DNA of 64,000 bases from a virus (IMGVR_UViG_3300032053_000004:64001-128000); one strand, 5' to 3'; numbered from the stretch's first letter, positions 46,533 through 55,521 are shown. The notes: generated by a model from the sequence alone, not told the origin. Made by a program: numbers and translations.

Positions 46533-48461
46533 TTACTTTTCTTGAGCAAATCCTCCTAGTGGGGTGACTTGCTCTTCGTCATTTATCTCGTATGGGGATA
46601 TGTCTCTTGATGGAATGAAGTCATCATCTTCAGACCCTTTCCCATTTACTCCAGGTTTTCCATAAACAGGCTGCTCTTTTTTCCCCTTAATTAATTCTTC
46701 TTCGGTTATCCAGCCTCGATTTCCCATAACATCCATATTCATTCTTAAAAATAGCATTCTGTCTTGCGATAACTCAGATCCTTCCACAAATTTAACAGAT
46801 TTCGGGTTCGGGAGAATAGACGCTAAAAACATTGATTGGCTGAGACTTAGTTGATAAGGCTCTTTCTTAAAATAATAATAGGATGCTGGTCCTATTCCGT
46901 ATAAATTCGGACCATATTCGATTATGTTTAGATAGGTTTCTATAATTTGGTCTTTAGATAAAGACTGTTCAAGCCATTTGGCTAAAACAAGCTCTTGTAA
47001 TTTTCTCGCGATGTTTTTATTTCTATCTAGCCAAAGATTTTTGGCTAATTGCATTGTTATAGTGCTTCCTCCTCGTATAAATTTCCCGAACACTAAATTA
47101 TCTCTTAAAGAACCTTCTAAGGCTTGAAATATGATCCCGCCATGCTTTCGAAACCCCGGATCTTCGAATAATCGAACTCCTAATTCTACATATGGAGACA
47201 TTTCGGATATTGGAGTCCAGTCAGATGTCCCTGGACCTACAATAACTTCTTTCGGTTTCCCGTCTGAAGAGTATATCTTATGCTTAAATGTCTTTCTAAA
47301 TCTTTTCGTATCAAGTTCTTCTGGAACTTTTGTTATACTGCAGTCTATTTTTTGTTGAATCCAAGCGTCTGATTTGCTTAATCTTCCAAAATTCTTGTAA
47401 TCATATAATATTTTTATTTTTCCTTTTATTTTTCCATCAGATTCAATCCCTTTAATTTTTTCGTTCATTCCATCGGGAATTGAGTCTAGCAAATTTTGAC
47501 AAGGAGTTTCGGGTAAATCAATTTCGAAAAGAATTAAATATTTATCCTTGCTGAAAGATATCGGTGTTTTAATTTTCATGAATTCTAACATATTATCTGT
47601 GTGTAATATTGTTCCATCTAAACTTATATGCCCTGTTGTTTCTATTTTAAATTTTGGTATATCTATGGTCTCTTTGGATAAAACCCTATGGTTTATCTTG
47701 ATCGGACCAATTTCCGCATTTGTTTTGAATTCTATTTTTTCTCCTTCATCTAATTTTAAAAATATGTTAGAATCTATAGATGTACATTCTAAATCCACAA
47801 GTTTGGGAGGATTTTCTTTTGAACATTCTTTCAATAGTTTAAAAGAGATCCCAGACTCATTCGGATTTATTGATATTTTTGCTGGTCCATAAGAATTTAT
47901 GGAGAAAGATTCAATTTCTGTTTTGAATTTAGATACTTTTTCATAAATTCTAAAAAGTTTTTCTAAATTTCTCGGTTCTTCTGATTTTTCTTTTTTCTTA
48001 GTTTTTATTGATAACTCTTTGGAATTTATAGATTTTATTTGTTTTTGATTCAATTCTATTTTTGTATTTTTTGAATTTATAACGAAAGACTCATTCTCAA
48101 ATAAAATTCTTTCCATATCTATGAATATTTGTTCTCCAATTTTCTTTATATTCCGAACATTAGTTATGAATTTTCCTCTCTTATCAGTATAAATAACCTC
48201 TCCTGCTCCTGTCTCTATATTTTGACTTGTAAAATTAATCTTTAATAGTTTGAATTTAGCGTTATTTTTATTTTTATCAAATACTTGAACATCTGATATT
48301 TTCACTTCATGCAGAGACGGCCAAGCCCACCCCATCTTTACTTCTAAATCAAATTCTTGAGCTTTTGCTTTAATTTTTGTATGAGCAAAAGAATTAAACC
48401 AAATTAAAGCGATTGATATTATTATGAATAGGAATATTGAAAACTTGATCAGTTTTTTCAC
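46533..48461 (-). CDS. membrane-anchored monofunctional peptidoglycan transglycosylase (GT51)
   Basis: N-terminal TM helix; GT51 motifs EDPGFRKHGG, GGSTITMQLAKN, RKLQE, KDQIIETYLN, LASILPNP; no transpeptidase domain; start moved to GTG 48461. Confidence 0.92.
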   Translation of the reverse strand: MKKLIKFSIFLFIIISIALIWFNSFAHTKIKAKAQEFDLEVKMGWAWPSLHEVKISDVQVFDKNKNNAKFKLLKINFTSQNIETGAGEVIYTDKRGKFITNVRNIKKIGEQIFIDMERILFENESFVINSKNTKIELNQKQIKSINSKELSIKTKKKEKSEEPRNLEKLFRIYEKVSKFKTEIESFSINSYGPAKISINPNESGISFKLLKECSKENPPKLVDLECTSIDSNIFLKLDEGEKIEFKTNAEIGPIKINHRVLSKETIDIPKFKIETTGHISLDGTILHTDNMLEFMKIKTPISFSKDKYLILFEIDLPETPCQNLLDSIPDGMNEKIKGIESDGKIKGKIKILYDYKNFGRLSKSDAWIQQKIDCSITKVPEELDTKRFRKTFKHKIYSSDGKPKEVIVGPGTSDWTPISEMSPYVELGVRLFEDPGFRKHGGIIFQALEGSLRDNLVFGKFIRGGSTITMQLAKNLWLDRNKNIARKLQELVLAKWLEQSLSKDQIIETYLNIIEYGPNLYGIGPASYYYFKKEPYQLSLSQSMFLASILPNPKSVKFVEGSELSQDRMLFLRMNMDVMGNRGWITEEELIKGKKEQPVYGKPGVNGKGSEDDDFIPSRDISPYEINDEEQVTPLGGFAQEK

Positions 48462-48474
48462 ATGAGAAAGTACA

Positions 48475-49017
48475 TCACGAAGCTGCAATTTTTGCTGCTA
48501 TGACCCGAATTTTTTCTTGAACTTCGTGGATTAAAGCAATTTTCTTTATAGAACCTGTTCTCCCCATATCGTTTATTATTTCTTTCGCAACTGATCCTAT
48601 CAGATCTGTTGTTATATACTTCTTTACGATTTTTTCAAGATATGGGTCATCTTCTTGTTCTGAAAAAGGTATTTCACTTGGTGGAACTGGTTTTGCTGCA
48701 AGTGCGTAATCGAGATCACCTTGCAGTTTTCTTACCATCAATTTTAAAGTAGAATCTTTTGGTCTAATAAAAATATCTTTAACTATTGAATTACTAATTT
48801 CGTCATCTAGTATTCTTTCCGCATCTTGACGAATTTTAACCGGGTCTTTTTGACTTTTTGCTGGCATACCTTGAGTTATATTTTGAAATATTAAATTGAC
48901 TAATGTTTCATTTAATGAATCTAAAGCGTCGTATATAGCTCCTTCTATTAATTTGGTTCCAAATTCTTTTTGAAGATAGTCTTGTAAATCGTGGCTGAGT
49001 GCAGCAATTCTTCCCAT
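48475..49017 (-). CDS. helical hypothetical protein ending in an IAAKIA motif
   Basis: Probable start ATG 49017; C-terminus RTGSIKKIA...IRVIAAKIAAS. Confidence 0.7.
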   Translation of the reverse strand: MGRIAALSHDLQDYLQKEFGTKLIEGAIYDALDSLNETLVNLIFQNITQGMPAKSQKDPVKIRQDAERILDDEISNSIVKDIFIRPKDSTLKLMVRKLQGDLDYALAAKPVPPSEIPFSEQEDDPYLEKIVKKYITTDLIGSVAKEIINDMGRTGSIKKIALIHEVQEKIRVIAAKIAAS

Positions 49018-49040
49018 GAAAACCACAATTTACAAGAATT

Positions 49041-49328
49041 TTATGCTTCAAGCATTTCTCTGGTCAGAAGAATTTCCTTTAGTGGAAACTCACTCTCCCA
49101 GTCTATACTTATCCTAGATCCATCCCAAATCATGGGGACTGAGATATCATCCGTAAGGAGACGCCCGGAGAACGATCTCAGGTATTCCATTGTCTCTATG
49201 AGATCGTCTGGACACTCTATAGATATTTCGTTTGAAGACGCGTCCGTTAGGAGAATATTATATATCCCATTGGAATGAGGTCCTTTCGGCTGCAGTCTAG
49301 TGATTTCGATTAATTTATAATTTTTCAT
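49041..49328 (-). CDS. hypothetical protein
   Basis: 95 aa; G-TAAAAT 5 nt before the ATG. Confidence 0.7.
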   Translation of the reverse strand: MKNYKLIEITRLQPKGPHSNGIYNILLTDASSNEISIECPDDLIETMEYLRSFSGRLLTDDISVPMIWDGSRISIDWESEFPLKEILLTREMLEA

Positions 49329-49389
49329 AAAATATTTTACTCTTGAATAGATTTGATTTACATGGACTTTTGATAATCTTTTGTATCTG

Positions 49390-49848
49390 ATGACACCCGA
49401 TCAAGTTGCCAAGGCTCTTCTCCAAATTGCTGATGGGATTGAGAAATCGAAGAAGCCTCAAGTTTCTTTGGTGGCTCAAGATATATCTAAAGTTATTTCT
49501 GAGATTAGCGCTTCCCCTATTCAGATAAGGAAAGCCGCTTGGAGGGTAAGTGGGCCCCCCGCTTCTTTCACTGTTCGTTCTTCTAAAAAATCTGCGGAAG
49601 AAACCTGTCGCAGAATAGCTGGCTTGATGATGCGTCTTGCAGAAGACGAGGAACTTGGTCCTTGGGATTTAGAAGAAGGCGAGCGAACTGAAGATAAATG
49701 GGAAGACGCTCGTAAAGAAACTTCAAACGAGGAAAAACTCGAGTCTAAGTTGAAATTTCTTAAGCGCCAAATAGATAAATTTATAAGTGCTATTAAGAGT
49801 GGTGAAGAACCTGAGGGAGAATCTGAAGTTTTTACTTCCGCTAAATAA
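49390..49848 (+). CDS. unknown protein carrying a divergent copy of the 43-aa leader (copy 3)
   Basis: MTPDQVAKALLQIADGIEKSKKPQVSLVAQDISKVISEISASP aligns without gaps to copies 1 and 2; then RKAA and an acidic tail. Confidence 0.8.
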   Translation: MTPDQVAKALLQIADGIEKSKKPQVSLVAQDISKVISEISASPIQIRKAAWRVSGPPASFTVRSSKKSAEETCRRIAGLMMRLAEDEELGPWDLEEGERTEDKWEDARKETSNEEKLESKLKFLKRQIDKFISAIKSGEEPEGESEVFTSAK

Positions 49849-49921
49849 TATTTTAAAGCTTTTATAACCGACGTTCCATCATTACAGTACAATTTATCAG
49901 GCCAATAAGGAGGTCTGATAG

Positions 49922-50968
49922 ATGGAAGCTATTATTTGGAAACGTGGTGATTATCAAAAGTTTTACGCCAATATGAAAGTGCGTATTGGCGCTAATACTC
50001 ATAATCTTGTTGCTATTGAAGCTGGAGACGAACTTGAATATGATGGGACTATGCTCCGCTATGCTGGAGCAGAGGTTCCCCAACCTTCACTTCGTGGGGC
50101 GGTGAAGGCTGGATGGCTTTCTTCCGCTTCCGATCAACAAGGCGTCCATATAGCTACTACTAACCCAAGTAGGAACATAGCTAAAGCTCAAACAGTTAAT
50201 ACTGATCTTTCCCGAGTCCAGCGTGGAGTTCCGAGGGTTATGGAGACGGATTCTCTTGATGAAGAGACTGTTCTTCGAGTTGATGATCGCGGGCGTGATA
50301 ATGGGACTAGGCACGGGGACCGGAAAATTTTGACATCCTCGGATCGTCGTTCTGTTAGGGGCATGGAAGTACAAAATAGTGCTGATGATTCTCAAGATGG
50401 GGCCCCTGTTGGTCGTATCAGATCAGCGGCAAAAGCTTCTTTTGATGTTTCAAAAGATACTGCGTATAGCAATACGATGAGGAAGTTGAATGAGCCTGAT
50501 GCAATAGGTAAGGCTAAAATAAATAAAATTACTAGAGAAGGTGTTGAAATAACTACTAATGTCGGGAGAGTCGACCGAACAATTACGGAAGATATCGGAG
50601 ATGAAGGGGTAACCGTTGCCTCAGTCCGTCATACCTCTAGAGCATCAAGCGAAGGTATTGATATAGAGGATACTAGTGGAACTCATCGGAAAGCCGATAA
50701 GAAATCTCAAAAAGTAGAATCGTATAGAAATGAAACAACGGATCTGGTAATAAATACGAAAATCCCTGCAAGGGTTAGAATTGCTAGACACATAGACCCC
50801 AGTTTCCCGGCCAGTTGGCCCTTTGAAGGGAAAATGGCGGAGAGACTTGAACGTGTGAAGAACTATGACTCACTTTCTCCTCTTTTCCTCGAGGCTCTTT
50901 ATGCGGCCGAAGGCGATAATTTTAGGAAAGTTCTCCATACTGAATATTCAAAACAATTTCCTAAGTAA
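49922..50968 (+). CDS. hypothetical protein (globular termini, low-complexity middle)
   Basis: 348 aa; SD AAGGAGG with GTACAAT upstream. Confidence 0.8.
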   Translation: MEAIIWKRGDYQKFYANMKVRIGANTHNLVAIEAGDELEYDGTMLRYAGAEVPQPSLRGAVKAGWLSSASDQQGVHIATTNPSRNIAKAQTVNTDLSRVQRGVPRVMETDSLDEETVLRVDDRGRDNGTRHGDRKILTSSDRRSVRGMEVQNSADDSQDGAPVGRIRSAAKASFDVSKDTAYSNTMRKLNEPDAIGKAKINKITREGVEITTNVGRVDRTITEDIGDEGVTVASVRHTSRASSEGIDIEDTSGTHRKADKKSQKVESYRNETTDLVINTKIPARVRIARHIDPSFPASWPFEGKMAERLERVKNYDSLSPLFLEALYAAEGDNFRKVLHTEYSKQFPK

Positions 50969-50992
50969 ACCATTTATCGGCTCGTCTGAACG

Positions 50993-51355
50993 ATGAGCCA
51001 TAATAAAACTGCTGGCATAACGATATATATACAAGAGGAACTTTCCGACGCTCGTTTGCGTTGTGATGAACTCAAGTCTTATATTGTTAAAGCCATAAAT
51101 CTAATTCATTCTAGCGATAAGAAGGATCATATATATGCCGTAGCCGGAGATCTCGTTCATGCTGCTCCAGAAGCTTTGCTTAAACTGGAGAGAGCTCTCG
51201 AGGCTACGGCTATGGCTGTAAATAAAATGGATTATGAAGAGTTGCGCCAAATTCTTCGTCCCGAAAAAGTCGATGAACTTGAAAGAGTTTTAGATGATAT
51301 AAGAATAAATATACCCCGGAGAACTGGGGATAAAATGAAATTTAACGAGGATTGA
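50993..51355 (+). CDS. helical hypothetical protein
   Basis: 120 aa; N-terminal KTAG. Confidence 0.75.
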   Translation: MSHNKTAGITIYIQEELSDARLRCDELKSYIVKAINLIHSSDKKDHIYAVAGDLVHAAPEALLKLERALEATAMAVNKMDYEELRQILRPEKVDELERVLDDIRINIPRRTGDKMKFNED

Positions 51356-52782
51356 ACTTAGTGTATGTTTGTGGTGTGAACGAGAAAGGATTGGATAACA
51401 AATCAAAGATTAGTATTAACTGTATATGTGGAAAATTGTTTCTTATTTCGTTTAAACAGTTAAAACACAATAAGAAAATTAATAGATCAAATATTTGTAG
51501 AAGTTGTTCAATCAAAAAACTCTGGGAAAACCCTGATTATAGAATTAGGGTTAATGATTCTCTTAAATCGCTTGATAAAACACTGTTAAAACAAAAAATA
51601 TCTAAAAAATCCAAGTTAATGTGGGAAAATTCTGAATACAGGGAAAATCAAAAAAATATCCATACGAGTTCCGACTATATTAAAGAGACTTCTGAACGAT
51701 CAAAAAAACTATGGGACAATGATGATTTCAGAACAAATCAACTAAAGATAAGAAACGATCCGATTTGGATTGAAAAACAATCCAAATCTATGAAGAAACT
51801 ATGGGAAAACTCTGACTATCAAAATAGAGTTTCTAGTTCTTTATCAAAAGTTTTCATTAAGGGTTACAAGTCATCACTGGAAATAGTTACGCATAATATA
51901 CTTGAGTCCATGCATGTTCGTTTTGAAGAGCAAAAACCTTTAGGCCCTTATATTTTTGATTTTTTCTTACCAGAACATGATACTTTCATAGAATGTCAAG
52001 GTGAATACTGGCACTCAATCAAAAAGGCTTCGTCTAAAGACGCTTCTAAGTTTTCTTACTTTGAAAAATCTCGTCCTAATTCTAAAATTTTATATTTGCA
52101 TGAACGAGATTTTTTAAATCCGAAGATTGTAGAGAAAAAAATAGAAGAAATACTGAAAATTAAAATTAAAGTTGATATCGTTGATTTTTCTTTTTCTGAA
52201 GTAATACTGAAGGAGTTGGACCCTAAGATAAAGAATAAATCACACAATTCCTTACCGAAAGAATTTTTAGACTCATTCCATTATGCTCAGTTCGGTAGGT
52301 CATCCAAGGTAATATATGGAGCTTTTTTGAAAGAGAAATTAATTTCTGTTTGTAAATTTTCTACTCCTATAAGAAAAGAAGTTGCAACTTCTTTAAATTA
52401 TTCTTACTCGGAAGTTTTAGAACTCGATCGTTTTTGCATACATCCGGAGTATCAAAAGAAAAACTTCGCCTCTTGGTTTATTTCGAAGTGTATGAAAATG
52501 GTTTTTGAGAAATACTTAAAGATCAATCATTTAGTATCATTCGCTGATTCGACCTATGGACACTCCGGGGTCATATATAAAGCCGCAAATTGGAAAGAAA
52601 TTGGAAATACTAAGCCAGATTATCATTACATAAATGATGGCGGTTGGATATTGCATAAAAAAACTCTTTATAATCATGCGGTTAAAATGGGGAAAAATGA
52701 AAAAGGGTACTCATCAGAGTATGGATATAAGAAAGTATATGGAAAGTTAAAAACAAAATTTATATTTTCTCGGTTTAATTGA
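51352..52782 (+). CDS. fusion: Zn ribbon + WxNxxYR repeats + Vsr/DUF559-like endonuclease + Mom-like GNAT acyltransferase
   Basis: CICG..CRSC; LWENPDYR, MWENSEYR, LWDNDDFR, LWENSDYQ; GPYIFDFF...FIECQGEYWH; ELDRF...LVSFAD...GHSGVIYKAANW..IG. Confidence 0.8.
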   Translation: MNLVYVCGVNEKGLDNKSKISINCICGKLFLISFKQLKHNKKINRSNICRSCSIKKLWENPDYRIRVNDSLKSLDKTLLKQKISKKSKLMWENSEYRENQKNIHTSSDYIKETSERSKKLWDNDDFRTNQLKIRNDPIWIEKQSKSMKKLWENSDYQNRVSSSLSKVFIKGYKSSLEIVTHNILESMHVRFEEQKPLGPYIFDFFLPEHDTFIECQGEYWHSIKKASSKDASKFSYFEKSRPNSKILYLHERDFLNPKIVEKKIEEILKIKIKVDIVDFSFSEVILKELDPKIKNKSHNSLPKEFLDSFHYAQFGRSSKVIYGAFLKEKLISVCKFSTPIRKEVATSLNYSYSEVLELDRFCIHPEYQKKNFASWFISKCMKMVFEKYLKINHLVSFADSTYGHSGVIYKAANWKEIGNTKPDYHYINDGGWILHKKTLYNHAVKMGKNEKGYSSEYGYKKVYGKLKTKFIFSRFN

Positions 52783-52794
52783 GAATTTATTTAG

Positions 52795-53850
52795 ATGTCC
52801 AGTAATTCTCCTCGTGGTTTTATATTATCTGATGCGGCAATGTATGCGTTTGAGTGTCAAGAAGTATATCCTGATTTATTGAGTTTTGCTGTTGCAATTC
52901 CCGATCATTTAAAACAGTTATTTTTAGTCCCAGTTACGGTTGAACCGATGTCGATTGCATCGGTGGCTTCTCGTGTTGCATTTGATGATAGTGGGGCCGG
53001 ATATGAAACAGATTCGGCTGATTTGTTTGGGACCAAAACTTTTGTTGTTGAAAATGATCCGGAGCCAACCGTAACGGATTCCGACCCCGGATCTATGTTT
53101 GATATTGATGGATATTGGGGAAAGACCCATCAAGATGATGGGACGGACGAAAATTGGCAAGTCCCGTCAGACACAAGTTACATGTCTGACATTGATATCA
53201 CCAATTATTGGTCTTACCCTTATAGATCTGAAGAAAAACCTCGTCATTCTTCATTACGGCAAGTAGCATTCTTCAAATTGTCTCTTAAACCTGAGAGGCT
53301 AATTACTGAAGTCCCGAAGAAAATCAAAGAAAATGCGGAAGTTTGTTCTGTTAGTTTAGTATCATATGATAAGCGTGGTCGGATTTTTTCTTTTAAAGTT
53401 GATTGCGGGAATAAACCGAAAAATGTCCGAGCTTCTTTAACTAGTTTAAATGAAGTTGCTATGACTTGTTCTTGTCCGTTCTGGAGATGGAACGGACCCG
53501 AATTTAATGCTAAATCAAATAAATTTTTGCTAGGAAAACCTAACGGAAAGGCTTCTCCTCCGAATGTTCGTGATCCTGATCGGGAGTTTTGGCTCTGTAA
53601 GCATACTTTTGCTGTTTTAAAACGTTTAGACACTTTCGTCCAACAGATAGTTGATGAAAACTGGGGTTTGGACGATGATGATCTTCTTAGAGAAATAGAC
53701 GAAGAATGGGATAGATTAATTGCAGTTTCTGAAGAGACTTCAGAAGAACTAGAAGAAGAAAACCCAGAGATAGAAGTTAAAATTGAGGAGGAGGAACCAG
53801 AGGAGGAACCCGAGGTTGAGGAGGAACCTGAGGAGGAATTGAAAAAGTAA
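52795..53850 (+). CDS. SWIM zinc-finger protein with acidic termini
   Basis: MTCSCPFW...LCKH (CxC-xn-CxH); SVASRVA motif; Glu-rich tail. Confidence 0.8.
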   Translation: MSSNSPRGFILSDAAMYAFECQEVYPDLLSFAVAIPDHLKQLFLVPVTVEPMSIASVASRVAFDDSGAGYETDSADLFGTKTFVVENDPEPTVTDSDPGSMFDIDGYWGKTHQDDGTDENWQVPSDTSYMSDIDITNYWSYPYRSEEKPRHSSLRQVAFFKLSLKPERLITEVPKKIKENAEVCSVSLVSYDKRGRIFSFKVDCGNKPKNVRASLTSLNEVAMTCSCPFWRWNGPEFNAKSNKFLLGKPNGKASPPNVRDPDREFWLCKHTFAVLKRLDTFVQQIVDENWGLDDDDLLREIDEEWDRLIAVSEETSEELEEENPEIEVKIEEEEPEEEPEVEEEPEEELKK

Positions 53851-53869
53851 AGTATTCTAAGAGGTCATT

Positions 53870-54265
53870 GTGCAATACGATTACGCTTGTTCAAAATGCA
53901 AAAACGTCCAAGAAGAAAGTTGTTCTGTAAAGGATTTTAAGGATTTCCATCCTAAATGTAATAAATGTAAATCTTCATGTAATTATCAATTTAATCCATC
54001 TGGCATACAATTTGTTTTAAAAGATGGGCCGTCCGGATCTTGGCCATCTAAAGGTAATAGGATTAAAGGACAAATGAATAAAAAGAACGATCAAATGATC
54101 CGTCGCCAACGGGATCGTTATGGTGAGGGTCAAAAAGCTATACCAAATTTTGAAGGTAAAGAAACTGAGTCTTGGAGAGAGGCTAAAAATATAGCCATGA
54201 AGGAACGCGGGGCTCAATCCGCGGCCACTTACGATAAAATCATCAAAAAAGACAAGAGAGTTTGA
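53870..54265 (+). CDS. FmdB-family zinc-ribbon protein
   Basis: YDYACSKC.....CNKC......PSGIQFVLKG-like segment, GSWP. Confidence 0.8.
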   Translation: MQYDYACSKCKNVQEESCSVKDFKDFHPKCNKCKSSCNYQFNPSGIQFVLKDGPSGSWPSKGNRIKGQMNKKNDQMIRRQRDRYGEGQKAIPNFEGKETESWREAKNIAMKERGAQSAATYDKIIKKDKRV

Positions 54266-54290
54266 TTTTTAATATCCTGTTTTATCCGAG

Positions 54291-54932
54291 ATGGCTAGAA
54301 TTTTTAGTGTTTACAGGCGTAAAAATAAGTTAGTTGACTTGAATTGGCCTTATCGGCCGGGTGTTGCTAGCTATCGAATGAAATTTGCTGGTAATTTTGA
54401 CGGGGTATTTGCTTTATTTGAGACCGTTTCCTTAAATGGAAAACAATCTTTAACCGTCCTAAATAACGGTTATACTGATAATCAATTTCGTGGTAAAACG
54501 AGATTTTTATTTAATCCAGATGATTATACAGCTTCTGGGTTGGATGATACCAAACCAATGTATATAAAGTTAGCCCCGGTAGATTTTGCTGGAGTCATCG
54601 GGGCTGACGAGGCCATGCAGTTAATTCTTCCATACAGCCCGGAGCCGAATCGAGCTTTGGTTTTGAATGGAAATGCTCCTACTCCAGGCCCTCTTGAAAT
54701 TCAACTCCCAATGCTTGTCCATAATATGATATTTACAAATTTAGACCCTGCCAACGTACTTAACGTTTCTTTTGAACCGACCGGTCCTGTATATGAAATT
54801 GGACCTTTGGCTACTACTAGTTCCATATATCCTTCAATATATCCTAACGCTAGTCAATTATTCATATCTGGAGCAGGTGGGGTCGTACCCATTAACGTTC
54901 TAGCATCGATCAGAAATAACCCAACCACTTGA
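54291..54932 (+). CDS. putative virion structural protein
   Basis: 213 aa, beta-rich, start of the structural cluster. Confidence 0.6.
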   Translation: MARIFSVYRRKNKLVDLNWPYRPGVASYRMKFAGNFDGVFALFETVSLNGKQSLTVLNNGYTDNQFRGKTRFLFNPDDYTASGLDDTKPMYIKLAPVDFAGVIGADEAMQLILPYSPEPNRALVLNGNAPTPGPLEIQLPMLVHNMIFTNLDPANVLNVSFEPTGPVYEIGPLATTSSIYPSIYPNASQLFISGAGGVVPINVLASIRNNPTT

Positions 54933-54969
54933 TTCGATTTTTATTACACAGTTACATCAGGAGATAGCG

Positions 54970-55521
54970 ATGTCGATCACCCTCTTTAGAGTCACGAATC
55001 AACAAACTTTAAACCGATCTATATTGATAGATAAGTGTGATGATGGTCAGTCTAACTCCCCTGGGTATGCTCAGAGGGCGAAGCAGAGGGTGTATATTCC
55101 TTATGTTAATCCCCTAAATACTGCCGTTAAAGGTTATACGGATTTCGTTCCTTCTGATCGAGTCCTTCTTTCAGCAAATAATGGAACTATTGCCGGTTTA
55201 ACTACTGCTGGTCGGGTTTCTTTGGCCGTATTTGCCTCTTCTTTGATTGCAACCCCAGTAATAACTGGAGACGCTCTCGCCGGCGCAAGTACAACTGTAA
55301 CCGGTACGACTTTCGTCTCTCTCGCTCCTGATATAACTTATATAACCCTGACTAATCTTGTTGCAGTATCTCAAACTATTCCTCAGACAAGCTTTACAGT
55401 TCTTAATGCAACTACGATTACTTTCCTTGATGCCACATCGACTATTGGCGTCCCCGCAGCCGGATGGACAGCTAAAGTGTTTGCTAATTCGAAGTTTAGC
55501 AATACTTTCACTCTTGTGTAG
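54970..55521 (+). CDS. putative virion protein with C-terminal IPT/Ig-like segment
   Basis: PVIT...ST.VTGTTF..T.TSFTVLNATTITF; SD AGGAG. Confidence 0.6.
   Translation: MSITLFRVTNQQTLNRSILIDKCDDGQSNSPGYAQRAKQRVYIPYVNPLNTAVKGYTDFVPSDRVLLSANNGTIAGLTTAGRVSLAVFASSLIATPVITGDALAGASTTVTGTTFVSLAPDITYITLTNLVAVSQTIPQTSFTVLNATTITFLDATSTIGVPAAGWTAKVFANSKFSNTFTLV

Noticed and set aside
46533-48461. GT51 gene as an endolysin or lytic transglycosylase
   Set aside because: The motifs are those of the biosynthetic GT51 family, not SLT/GH23/GH24 lysins, and no holin or spanin is adjacent
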